Assembly: GCF_009914755.1 (NCBI RefSeq) | Contig: NC_060944.1 | Reading direction: 5' to 3' (one strand) | Source: the human T2T-CHM13v2.0 reference genome, Homo sapiens | Length of the DNA: 64,000 nucleotides | In this document: one piece after another, positions 1-14,509 of the stretch | How positions within the stretch are numbered: position 1 is the first letter of the stretch | How the letters are laid out: each line of letters begins with the position of its first letter | Program-made: the position numbers and the translations under genes | Notes under the pieces: generated by a model | Seen by the model: only the letters and a program-made list of their open reading frames with translations | Database searches by the model: none | What the model was told of the DNA's origin: nothing

Positions 1-1986
1 CCCCCATGGCACAAGTTTACCTATATAACAAGTCTGCACACGTACCCATGAACTTAAAAGTTAAATTAAAAAAAGAAAATGGCATGAATAAAAGACTTCT
101 GAGCATAAGATTATATTCCATTATACTGAAAGTCTGGGGGGTAAGAGGAATGAAAATATGAGTTCAATGAAAAAAATTAATGTTTTAAATTTTCTAACTG
201 TTAAAGAATTGCTTTCCATATATTTTAAATAGATGCTTGTGGGTATCAAATTAGTATATTTCTACCCCAGTGATTATATATATTTTAAAAAATTATGTAG
301 CAGTTTAAAAAATTTACATGTTCACATAATGCATTGAGATTCATTTATGTTGTGTGTTGTTTGTTCTTTTTTATTGCTGAATTTTGTCCATTCTATGGCT
401 ATACAACAGGTTCATCCTTTCTCTTGTTCATGGAAATTTGGGTTATTTCCAGTTTGGGGCAATTATGAATGAAGCCCATACAAACATTTGTATAGAGGTA
501 TTTTTATGAACCTAAGTTTTCATTTCTCTTAAATAAATACCAGGAAGTGGTATTGCCGGGTTATGTGACCAGTGTATGTTTGTAAGAAACTGCCAAACTC
601 TTTTCCAAAGTCACAGTACCATTTTGCATTTTCATTAGTAATGCATGCACTACTCTCCTAAGAGTTCCACTTGCTCCACACACCTGTTAGCGTTTGGTAT
701 TGTAAATGCTTTTATTTTAGTCGTTCTAATAGATGTGCAGTGGTAAGACTGCATGCTATTTGGAGAAATGAAAGTAATTAGCCTACATTTGTGGAACTCT
801 AAGAATCTAAGCCACTTCAAATGTTGGTGGGAAGATTTTTCGTATTTTCCAACTTCTCCTAGGACAGCTTTCAAATCCAGTTGGTTCCTTGGTTTCTGAG
901 CCTGCTTGGGTAGGAGTTTCTCCAGAGCCCCATCATTGAACCTACTTTAAAAAAAAGTCTTCATAATTTCCATACTTTATTGTCCTTAAATCGTTAATTT
1001 TAAGTTTAATATTATTCCTTTTTTATTTTCCATGTCTGATTCTCTACCCACAATCTTTTTGTTTTCATTAGATTTTATTTGCCTTTCTTTTTCCAACTTG
1101 AAATGGATCATTGGTCAATTTCATTCATTTCTCATTTCCTATAATTTACTTCCATTTTTATTTTTAATTTGAGACATACCTCTTTCATCACTGCTTTCAT
1201 TGCACTTTAAGAAATTTATTTTAATTGACTAATAATAATTATTTATATTTATGTGCTACAATTTAATGTTTTGATGTATGTACACATTGCGGAATGGTTA
1301 TATCAGGGTAATTAACACATCCATCACCTCAGATACTTATCATTTTTTAAATTAGAACATTTCTGTAGCAATTCTGAAATGTACAATACATTGTTAACTA
1401 TGGTCACCATGCTATGCAATAGATCTCAGAGACTTCTTTCCTTTGTCTAACTGAAACTTTATCCCCTTAACCAACATCTTCCCTTTCCCCATACACTCCA
1501 CCCTGACCCCTGGCAACGGCCTCTGATAACCACCATCTACTCTCTACTTCTACAAGTTCAACTTTTTAGATTCCACATGTAAGTGAGACATGCAATATTT
1601 GTCTTTCTCTGCCTGGCTTGTTTCACTTAGCATAATGTTCTTCATCTTCATCCATGTTGTTGCAAATGACAGAATTTCCTTCTTTTTAAAGGCTGAATAG
1701 TAGTTCATTGTGTATGTATACCACTTTTTTACCCATTTATCCATTGCTGAACACTTAGGTTGATTCCATATCTTGGCTATTGTGAGTAATGCTGCAATGA
1801 ACATAGCAGTGCCAATATCTCTTCAACATACTGATTTCATTTCTTTTGGATATATACCCAAATATGGGATTGCTGGATTATGCAGTAATTCTACTTTTAG
1901 TATTTTTGAGGAAGCTCCACACTATTCTTCATAATGGCTGTACTAATTTATACTCCCACCAACAGTGTTCAAGAATTCCCTTTTCA

Positions 1987-2371
<385 letters not shown>

Positions 2372-2417
2372 TCATTGTGATTTTAATTTGCATTTCCCTG
2401 TTGATTAATGATGTTGA

Positions 2418-2789
<372 letters not shown>

Positions 2790-3945
2790 TAAGAAATGTC
2801 TATTCAAGTCCTTTGCCCATTTTTAAATTGAGTTGTTTTCTTACTATCAAGTAAATGGAGTGCCGTATATATTTTGAATATTAACCCCTCATCATAGTGT
2901 GGTTTGCAAATATTTTCTCTCACTCTATGAGTTGTCTCTTGACTCTGTTGATTATTTTCTTTGCTATGCAAACGCTTTGTAATTTAATGTAATCTCACTT
3001 GTCTAGTTTTACTTCTGTTTCTTGTGATTTTAGGGTCATATCCAAGAAATCATTGCCCACACCCATGTAATGGAGCTTTCCCCCTATGTTTTCTTCTCAG
3101 AGTTTTGTAGTTTCAGCCATTGCAGTTAGATCTTTTGTCCATTTTGAGTTGATTTTTTTAAATATATGCATATTTTGTATTTCAATAGCTTTTGGGGCAC
3201 AAATGGTTTTTGGTTACATGAATAGATTGTATAGTGGTGAAGTCTGAGATTTTAGTGCACCAGTCCCCAAGTAGTGTACATTGTACCCAATATGTAGTTT
3301 GTTTTATCCCTCTCTGCCCTCCTACACTCCGCCCTTCTGAGTCTCCAAAGTCCATCATACCACCTGTATACCTTTGCATACCCATAGGTTAACTCAACTT
3401 ATAAGCGAAAACATATGGTATTTGGTTTTCCATTCCTGAGTTTCTTAACTTAGAATAATGGCCTCCAGCTCCATCCAAGTTGCTGCAAAAGACATTATTT
3501 CATTATTTTTTATGGCTGAGTGGTGTATATATACCATGTTTTCTTTATCCATTGAGTTGATTTTTTTGCATGGTGTGCAATAAGGGTTCAATTTTATTTT
3601 TCTACATGTGGATTTCCAGTTTTCCCAAGACCATTTATCAGAGACAGTCTCCATTGTGTGTTCTTGGCACCTTTATCAAAAATCAGTTAACCATAAATGT
3701 ATAGATTTATTTCTGGGCTTTCTATTCTGTTCCATTGGTCAATGAATCTGTTTCTATGACAGTACCATGCTGTTTTGATTGCTACAGCTTTGTAGTATAT
3801 TTAAAATCAGGTAGTGTGATGCCTCCAGCTGTGTTCTTTTTGCTCAAGGTTGCTTGAGATTCTTGGGGTCTTTTGTGACTCCATACAAATTTTAGGATTT
3901 TTTAAATTTCTATAAGAAATGCAATTGGAATTTTGGTAGGGATTC

Positions 3946-5475
3946 TGAAGTTATACACTAACAAGTGGAATAACCTGGAAGAAATTGAGAAATTCCTAGA
4001 AGCATATAATCTACCAAAACTGAATCATGAAGAAACAGAAAAACTAAATAGATCAACAAGTAAGGAGATTTAATTGGTAATTAAAAGTCTCTTATCGAAG
4101 AAGAATCTAGGATCTGATGGCTTCATGACTTCATTCTACCAAACATTTAAAGAACTAATGCTAATCCTCCTCAAATGCTTCCAAAAAATTGAAGTGGAGG
4201 GAATTCTTTCAAACTCATTTTATGAGGCCAGCATTATTCTAATACCAAAGCCATGCAAAGACACTACAAGAAAAGAAAATTACAGGCCAATATCCATGAT
4301 GTACACAGAGGCAAAAATTCTCAAAAAAAAAAAAAGATCAGCAAATTGTATTCAACAGTACATTAAAAGGATCATTCACAGCCAAGCATGGTGGGTCACA
4401 CCTGTAATGCCAGCAATTTGGGAGGCCAAGGAGGGCAGATCACTTGAGGCTAGGCGTTCGAGACCAGCCTGGCCAACAGGGCAAAACCCTGTCTCTACTA
4501 AAAATACAAAAAAAATTAGCCAGGCATGGTGACACATCCCCATAATCCCAGCTACTTGAGAGGCTGAGGCACAAGAATTACTTGAACCTGGGTGGCAGAG
4601 GTTGCAGTGAACCAAGATCGTGCCGCTGCACTCTAGCCTGAGTGACAAAGCGAGACTCTGTCTCAAAATAAAAGAAAAAAATAGTATCATTTACCATGAT
4701 CAAGTGGGATTTATCCCTTGGATGCAAGGATGGTTCAACATATTCAAAGCAATCAATGTGGTGCACCATCTTAACAGAATTAGTGATATAAATAATATGA
4801 TCATCTCAGTAGATGCAGAAAATGCATTTGACAAAATTCAACATTTTTATGATAAAAAATCTCAACAAATTAGGTATAGAAGGAATGTACATCAACACAA
4901 TAAAGGCCAGATATGACAAGCCCACAGCTCTTATACCCAACAGTGAAAAGTTGAGTTTTTTCTCTGAGATCAGGAACAAGACGAGAATGCCAATTTCTAC
5001 CACTTTTAATCGACATAGTACTGAAAGTCCTGGCCAGAGCAATTAGCAAGAAAAATAAATAAAATTCATCCAAATAGGAAAGAAAGCGACGAAATTGCCT
5101 CTGTTTACTTATGACATGATCCTATATATAGAAAACCCTAAAGACTCCACACCAAAAAAACTGTTAGAACTGATAAAGCAATTTATTAAACTTTCAGGAT
5201 ACAAAATCAACATACAAAAATCAGCGGCATTTCTATACACTAACAACAAACTACCTGAAAAACAAATTAAAACAATCCCATTTACAATAGCATAAAAAAT
5301 ACTTAGGAGTAAATTTAACAAAGGATATGAAAGATCTGTACACTGAAAACTACAAAATATTAGTGAAAGAAATTGGAGAAGACATAAATAAATGAAAAGA
5401 TATTTCATATTCATATTTCATATGGATTAGAAGAATTAATATTGTTAAAATGCCCATACCACCCAGAACCTATCT
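3946..5475 (+). mobile_element. L1 ORF2 (RT region) segment, inverted relative to the adjacent L1 3' part
   Basis: Peptides [44 protein letters not shown] and [13 protein letters not shown]. Confidence 0.88.
4380..4680 (+). mobile_element. Alu inserted in L1 ORF2
   Basis: Alu dimer with an A-rich tail. Confidence 0.9.
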
Positions 5476-6271
5476 TTTTGCCCAGCTTCCCCAAATAGCA
5501 GAGGTTGCACTTTGCAGAAAACTGAGCAGCATTTTGCAATTGAAAGGTCTACAGATGGCCAGGAGCTGGGGGAGCAGTGTGAATTCCCAGGTTACAATAT
5601 TTAGGAACTACAGGTAAGGGCCCACTATGACTCTATTACATCTCGCTACCCTCTAGTTCTCCCCAGTTAGGCGCTTGCCCAGCCCCAGGCCCTGTTTCCA
5701 TGGCTGAGAGCTCCTAGCTCACACCCCTCCTCATCCCCATAGCATAGCATGTTCTGTTGCAAGGCTACTCAACCAGATATGTGCCTCTAGCCTCAGTTAC
5801 TAGGAAGCAGACCTTGAGGAGGACAACTAGCTCCATAAGTCACTTTAATACACCTTGCCCTAAGTTCAGGCTGAGTAAGTAAGTAAATTAGTAAGCCTCG
5901 TCCAAAGATATTTTCTTCTAAATGCTGCCTAGTCAGATATCTACATTCTGATACCGGAGAAGGATTGTCTCTAAATATTGAGTACAGAACACTCCGTACA
6001 TATCTCCATATTGTGCTGCTAAAATATTTTAAATCTTTTACATTTTTTGTCCTTTTGATCTGTCAATGATTGAGAAAGGTGTGTCAAGGGCCCTCAATAC
6101 AGCCATAGATTTCTCAATTTATGCCTATAATGATGTCAATGTTTGCTTTAATATATCCTGATTTGATTGGTTTAGGTAAATACAAATGTATTCCTGGTGA
6201 ACTGAGTCTTTTACCATTATCTAGCAAGCCATCCTTTATCCTTAAAGATAAAACTTCGTCTTAGAGTTTTC

Positions 6272-6563
6272 TTTTTTTTTTTCAGACAGTCTCTCACTGT
6301 CTTTCTCCCAGGGCGGAGCGCAGTGGCACGATCTTGGCTCACTCCAACCTCCCTCTCCTGGGTTCAAATGATTCTTGTGCCTCGGCCTCCCAAGGAGCTG
6401 GGATTATAGGCATGTGCCACCACACCTGTAATTTTTGTAATTTTAGTAGAGACGGGGTCTTTCCATGTTGCCTAGGCTGGTCTTGAACTCCTGGCCTCAA
6501 GCAATCTGCCTGCCTCGGCCTCCCAAAGTGTTGGGATTACAGGCGTGAGCCAATGTGCCCAGC
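6272..6563 (-). mobile_element. Alu
   Basis: Reverse dimer flanked by the TSD ttagagttttct. Confidence 0.9.
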
Positions 6564-7251
6564 CTTAGAGTTTTCTATTGCCTAATATTAATCAAACTAT
6601 ACTCTCTCTTCTTTGTTTGCATTTGCCTAGTCTTTTTTCCATTCTTTTGCGTTCAACCATTCTACTTATGTTTTAAGTTTATCCTTCAAATCGTGTAAAT
6701 CTACATTGTAAAAATCCAGTCCAGAAATTATTACCTATTAATTGACATTTATGGGCACTAATGACATATTTGGATTCATTTCTACAATTTTATTACAAGT
6801 TATCTACTCTCAGTCCTCATTATTCAGATTCTGTACTTGCCAATTTGCCTACTTGCTGAAATTTATTTATTACCCAAAAATCAATACTCATGATGCTTTT
6901 GTGGTCATTCAGGGATATGTGCAGAATGGCAAAAAATTTGAGTCCCCCAACGTACACATTCCCAGCTGAAGTCAAACAAGGCAACGCTCTGCTTGTTTAA
7001 GCTCTTCTACTACTATAAACAAGCTTCCTTTTTGCAGTCTACTTAGTGTCACATTTTTCACATTTTTGTGCTTTTTGTTGGTGAGTTTGCTGTTTAAAAT
7101 GGCTGCCAAGAATTACTAAAGTGCTGTCAAGTGTCCTAAGAGCAAGAGGCCTGCAATGTGCCTTACAAAGAAATTACTTGTGTCAGATAAGCTTGGTTCA
7201 GGCATGAGTTACAGGGCTTTCAGCCACAATTCAATGTTAATGAAACAATAA

Positions 7252-7906
<655 letters not shown>

Positions 7907-8758
7907 GTATGTAGAGTTTTATTTAATAATTAACCACACAGATTAAAAAATAGAAAGTAGCCAGCTTCCCAGAAGTCTTCTGTGTGCACCTTCTAATTAC
8001 CATCTCTGTCATGTGTCTTCAGACAGAAGCACATATAAAAACAAGGTTATGTATTGATCAAATGATGAAAATGTGTGGTCAGAGGCTTGCATTTTCCCTA
8101 GGAGCAATGGCTCAGTATTTGCTAATCCGGTGTTCACAGTGACTTTACAGAACATAACTACCCCCAAGTAATGGGAATCAACTGTATTTTTATTACTTTG
8201 GTGTACAAAGAACTTTGAGCTCTCCATGGCTTGCCACAACAAAAGACTTCCTAGGCAAATTGTCTACTGCTTTGTTCCAAGTGGGGGCTCTACTTGAGGC
8301 TGTGGGACCAAGACAAAAGAAGCAGCCTCTATGTGGATTAGGCCCCTTCTCCTGGCAGAGAGAAAGCACAAAGGAGCTGGCAGAAACTCACAGTGCAAAA
8401 CTCACTATGCATATGCTACATCTGCTCATACTCCAATAGGCAAAGCACAGCTGACAGCAAACCCAAAGTCAATGAGACAGAAATGTGTCTTCCTTCCACG
8501 GGCCGTTCTAAAATTGCAAGGTAATGGACAGGAGTGTCCTCTTAAAGGAAAGATGGAATGAATAGTTGTGAATAATAATATAACCCATCACTACTACTCC
8601 TGTTTTAATTTTTTGAAAATGTTTAGATACATATTATATGCTTGTTTAATTTAAAATATCAAACTTTACCTTGCTCAGGCTCTGCCCCTCCACACTGGGC
8701 CACTCAAAGATGCCCAACTTACCCTACTTGGGCTCCAACAGCCATATCAGGTTGCATT

Positions 8759-8880
8759 CGAGACCAGCCTGGCCAACATGGTGAAACCCCGTCTCTACTA
8801 AAAATGCAAAACTTAGCCGAGCGTGGTGGCGCACACCTGTAGTCCCAGCTACTAGGGAGGCTAAGGCAGGAGAATCGCTG
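8759..8880 (+). mobile_element. Internal Alu fragment truncated at both ends
   Basis: cgagaccagcctggccaacatgg...ggcaggagaatcgctg, with no head and no poly(A). Confidence 0.88.
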
Positions 8881-9076
8881 GATGCATTGATGCCCTCTTC
8901 ACCCTGCTTAGGCTCTGATTCCTGACACAAGACAGCTCTGTTCTGTGGAACCCCTCCTCACTATGCTTGGCCCAACTCCCCACAGCCGACCACTCTAACT
9001 TCTATGTATCCTCCTCATCTCCTTGGGCTCAGACCCTCCATGTCTGGCTACCCACCCCCATAGACACCCTCCTCAC

Positions 9077-9102
9077 CCTCCTTCAGTTCGGACAGTCCAC
9101 AT
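9077..9102 (-). CDS. WFDC8: WFDC8 first coding exon (26 nt, MWTVRTEG-G); the remaining exons lie left of the window
   Basis: The minus strand reads ATG TGG ACT GTC CGA ACT GAA GGA GG followed by the donor GTGAGG. MWTVRTEGG is the N-terminus of human WFDC8 as recalled, and the position is consistent with the neighbouring WFDC9 and WFDC10A. Confidence 0.9.
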
Positions 9103-9529
9103 CAGGCCTCTTCCCTATGGAGACAGCTTCCTCACTTTGCTCCAGCTCTAAGGCTCCTCCCTCATCTGCTCCCCTGCCTGGACACTCTGCTCACCCCACT
9201 CAGGCTCTCATTCTATGCCAGTCTGCTCCTCTAGCCCCAGGGGGATGCCTTTCTCAACATGGGCAGGCTGGTCTCCATGCTATGCTGCTTCTTGCCTCTT
9301 CACTGGGCATTCTCATCTACCCCTGGCTCCAGCACACCAGGCCAGCAGCCCTCCTACAGAGACACCCTCCTTGACCTGTTCCAGCTCTGATGCCCACACG
9401 GAGCCAGCCGTGGCTCCCTTCCCCTTGGGGCAAACACCTACCTTGCTAAATGTGCCTATCTAATGGCTTTAGGACTGACTAGTTCAGTTAGTAAAGAAAA
9501 GGAGACAAAACAAGGAAGAGCTACTTTTC

Positions 9530-11170
9530 CTTTTTGTAAAAATATGTATTGTGAAAAACACCACAAAAATAAAAATATGCATGAAACATTAATGTTCAGT
9601 CTAACGAACTATTACGAAGTGACCACTCATTAAACTATCACTGAAATCAAGTAAAAAATTTCCAACACTTTCTGCTCCTTTTTCATTCTTTTCCAGTCAC
9701 AACCCCTTCCTATGCTCTCGAAGGCAGCTAATGGTAGTGACTTTCTTTTTCATATTTTCAAGATCATATGTATTCCCCTAAATATGTTTTTGTTTTTGTC
9801 TGCTTCTGTTCTATATCAATGGAGTCACTTGGAATGTATTCTTTTGTGCCTGGCTTTTTGTGTTCAACATTATATTAATGAATTCCATCCACATTGTTTT
9901 GTGTAGCTGTATTTTGTCAATTTTCATTGCCATGCCATCTATTGTATGACTACACACATCTCTACTGAGTTGTTTATAGTTTGCAGCTGTTAAGAATAAA
10001 GCTGCTGTGTGTATACATAGCATGTATGTAATAACGTTCTGCACGTGTATCCCAGAACTTAAAGTATAATAAAAAACTAGGATTTTCTAAATAAAAATGT
10101 TATTTATATCAACATGTAATAAGTTTATTACGTTAAATGAATTAATAAATGTTTTTAAATGTCAAAAAAATTTTAAACAATTTACTCATGTAAAAAAAAG
10201 AATAAAGCTGCTATGAACACTCTGTGTGCATTTGCTGGAGCACGTGGGCAGGTGTTCTTGTAGGTTATACATTCAGCATAGGGAATGATGGGTTACAGGG
10301 TATGCATATCTTCAGCTTCTCAAGCTGATACCAAATTATTTCCCAAAGAGTTTGTACCAATTCACAGCCTTGCCATTGGTAGTTGAGAGTTCCTATTGTT
10401 CCATAACCATGCTGTATGTAGAACTGTCACAATCTTTTCATTTTTACCATCCTGCTACGAGTATGGAAATACATCACTGTGGACTTAATTTAAATTTCTT
10501 GACTACTAATGAGGTTGAGCACCTTTTTAGATCTTTATTAACCACTTGGCTATCCTCTCTTTGATTTTCTTTTCAAATGTTTTGCTCATTGTTCTCTGGG
10601 GTTTTCTGACTTTTTCTTGCTGATTTCTACTGGAGTCATGTCTTTCCTCAGTTATATGTATTATGAACATCTTCCAGGATCAAGGGTAATCTTCTAAAAC
10701 CCTTATTGGCTTGTCTTTTACCTTTTGAATGAAAGTTTTTATCACGTGCCCTTCCTACCCCAAAGACAGAATCAGGAATCCTTTTTCTATGTTCCTTTCC
10801 TACAATACAATAACTCGCTACAATACAATACAGTAACTCCAATATCTGAAGTCTTTGTGGACCTCTGCTGTTGGTTGTTTTTCTTGATTTTTTTCATCTT
10901 GTTTTCTTAAGATCTGTGTGATTTTTTTTATTGTGAGAGTACATATTTAATGGAAGTTTATGTATGTAACAATACTTTGTGGAATTTCTTGGATTCCTGT
11001 GTTTAAAGGAGAATTCTTCCGAATCAACTTGTCCTCAATTTTTCCCTAACAACTCATGCAATTTTGAATTAAATTCATAGCTTTAGATTTATCAGACCAT
11101 GCACATGTGCCAATTTTCCTACTCTGCTCTTATGAAAGGAAACAAGGTTGCAGTTACAAATTCTCAGAAT
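9530..11170 (-). mobile_element. Old L1ME/L1M fragments
   Basis: Typical reverse L1M 3' motifs (aataaagctgctatgaaca, gactactaatgaggttgagcacc). Confidence 0.65.
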
Positions 11171-11172
11171 AG

Positions 11173-11471
<299 letters not shown>

Positions 11472-12929
11472 CAGAGTAGTCTTTTTTCCTGTTTTGTTCA
11501 GAGCCAAAGCCAAGACAGGCAAGTTCCTTCACCACAGTTGTGCATGTGTGTGTTTCTGTTTCATCCATTTATTTCTGTTTCATCCATTTATTAAGGTGTC
11601 AGCATTTGGTGATCCTTGTGAGTGAGATTTCTGATCTGACTTTTCACATTGCTTAGGGCTTAGCTCTTTTTTCTTGCCCTTGCCAGGGGCCCACTAAAAT
11701 TCAAACTGCAGATTACCAGGCATTGGCAGATACTCCCAGGGAAGCCTCTAACTAAAGCACTTCCTTATCTCTCTGGAGTCAGACCTTCACATCATTTTTG
11801 GCTTTTAAGAATTCCTCTTTCTTGCCAACTGACTCATTGATTTAAAGAGTCATGCATTTTAAGTATTTTAGACAATATTTTGGGGGGGTGATTTACTGGG
11901 AATAGTTTCTAAGAGTCCTAGTTATGAATTTTTAATTATAAAATTACACACATCAAATACCCAATAAGTGAAACAGTACAAAGAACATATAAAGAAAAGG
12001 TAATAATTTCTAAGCCACATCTCTCCATTTCTAACTCCCTCAATATTAATAGCCTTGGTTGATAATTAATAACCAATTTTAATGGGCTGTTTTGTACCCT
12101 TACCATCTTTCTCTGCGTCCAAATATATACAATCATGTATGTATATGGGTTCTGATACTTGGAAAACAAAATGAAATTATGATGTATACATTCACTACTA
12201 CTGTACTTGCTTCTTTTCACTTAACTCTACCTCATGTAAGTCCATCCATATAAAAATGTAGATTGAAAATTGCCTTAAATAGATGCCCACACTCTGTTCA
12301 ACATCTCTGCTCTTAAATTACTGCTAGTCTTATGGAAATTGCAGAGTTGCTTAATTTGCATATCCCCAACTACTACTGATATTAATCTTCTTTGCTTTTT
12401 AAAGTTTTTTAGTTAAAAAATTTATAATTGACAAATAATTTTATATATATTAGTGTGATATTTTCATATACATATACTTATATTGTGAAATGATTAAATC
12501 AAGCTAATTAACATCTCCATCACCTCACATACCTATCTTTTTTTGTGACAAAAACATTTAAAACCTACTCTCAGCAATCTTCAAGTGCTTTTAATTATCG
12601 GCCATTTGAATTTTCTCTTTCGTGAACTGCTTGTGCAAATCTTTTTCTATTGAGATGTTTGTCATTTTCTCATCAATGTGTTTATTAGAAAAAATAACTT
12701 CTGGCTAGTCATATGTATTGCAAATATTTCCCTCAGCCTGTAGTTTGATTTTTATTTATTATGTGTTTTGTTCTATAAAAATTTAAAGAGTTATGTAATC
12801 AATAATGCTTATTAATTTTTCTTTATGTCTTACATTTCTTGCTTAAGAAGTTCTCTCCAATGCTAACATTTGAGATCATTCTCCTAATTTTTCTCCTAAG
12901 TTATTTATTTAAAAAAATCTAACACATAG

Positions 12930-14097
12930 GACAGAGATTTCTACTTTTCTGGGAAAATGAACTAGATGGACTTTTCTCTATTCCTCTGATGAAATTCAGC
13001 TAAAAATCCTGGACATTAAATACACAAGAAGATTCTGAAAGGTAATAAGGGCAAGGCAGACGAGCCAGAAACCTTAAGACCTGAAGAACAGCACGGCAGC
13101 GGGATTACTGAGTTTTCTTTTTGCCTCACATATTCAAGACTGGGTGCTAGAGAAGCTGGAAACCCAGAAACACAGAAACAGAGACAATAAAAGCCTCAAA
13201 AACAAAACAAAATGCAACACAACAAAAAACCAGCCTGCTCACTCTTGCCAAAGGACCAGGAAAGAGGCAGCCTAATAAGACGGAAAACATTGAACAATAA
13301 CCACTAGTATAGCCAAACACGTAGTTCCACCCCCATCAGAGCTGAGAGAGGAGCCTCAACTTCTGCCTTTACCAGGCTGAAAGGAGGAGCCCCAGTCTCC
13401 CTGCAAAGAGCCCAGACTTTGGTCACCACCAGACAGTAATGATGCTGCCTTCCCCCAATGCGTGTGCTGTCAGTGGAGGCCGTGTGGGGAGCAGAAGGAT
13501 ACTTCTATCCCTCTCTGCTAGAGAGGTATCAGTGGAACTTATTGAGGAGCTAGACCTCCCACCCCAGCCCAGAAGTAATGAGAGGAAACCACTCCCCCAA
13601 CTCAGTTGTCAACAAAGACTCAATGGGGAACCTGATTTCTACCCCCATCCGGCAGTAATGAGGTGGTGCTCCACTCTTCCCTGCTGGAAGGGTGACAGAA
13701 GAAATCAAGGTTTAAATGAGATCTAGAATCTCATAAAATAAAACCCAAAGTTTCCAACTTTCAATACAAAATTATTTGTTATATCAAAAACCAGAAAAAT
13801 CTCAAACAAAATGACAGAAGATTATTAATAGGTGCCAACACTGGGATGACAACGATGTTATAATTATATGATAAAAATTGTAAAGAGGTCATCATAAAGA
13901 AGCTTAAAGGAGCAATTATAAACAAACAAAGATATTAAAACAGAACGTCTCAGCAAAGAAATAGAAGATATAAAGAAGAAACAAATGGACATTTTAGAAA
14001 ATTTTAAAAGCGTATAACTGAAATACAAACTCAATGGATGAGCTTAACAGCCAAATAGAGAGTATAGAGGAATAATCTGTGAATTTGAAGATAGAAC
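12930..14097 (+). mobile_element. Old L1M 5' region and ORF1 remnant, cut off by the HERV-H LTR
   Basis: ORF1-like sequence, e.g. ctcagcaaagaaatagaagatataaagaag...ctcaatggatgagcttaacagc...gaatttgaagataga. Confidence 0.7.
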
Positions 14098-14509
14098 TTT
14101 CACTCACATCCGTGTGAAGAGACCACCAAACAGGCTTTGTGTGAGCAATAAAGCTTTTTAATCACCTGGATGCAGGCGGGCTGAGTCCGAAAAGAGAGTC
14201 AGCGAAGGGAGATAAGGGTGGGGCCATTTTATAAGATTTGGGTAGGTAAAGGAAAACTACAGTCAAAGAGGGGTTGTTCTCTGGCGGGCAGGAGTGGGGG
14301 TCACAATTTGCTCAGTAGGGGAGTTTTGAGCCAGGATGAGCCAGGAGAAGGAATTTCACAAGATAATGTCATCAGTTAAGGCAGGAACAGGCCATTTTCA
14401 CTTCTTTTGTGGTAGAATGTCATCAGTTGAGGCAGGAACAGGCCATCTGGATGTGTACGTGCAGGTCACAGGGGATATGATGGCTTAGCTTGGGCTCAGA
14501 GGCCTGACA
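14098..14509 (-). mobile_element. LTR7 (3' LTR of HERV-H)
   Basis: The minus strand begins TGTCAGGCCTCTGAGCCCAAGCTAAGCC and ends GTGAGTGAAA. It is preceded by the polypurine tract AAGAAGACAGGAA and contains ATTAAA at 14157-14162. Confidence 0.93.

Noticed and set aside
5480-5960. Unique segment with a plus-strand donor (CAG|GTAAGG, about 5613) and an ARE half-site
   Set aside because: The motifs are isolated, with no paired acceptor, ORF or full palindrome, which is within chance expectation.
8967-9463. 135-aa and 82-aa plus-strand ORFs over the WFDC8 5' region
   Set aside because: They are antisense to WFDC8 exon 1 and its promoter, low-complexity (P/S/L-rich) and have no recognisable domain.
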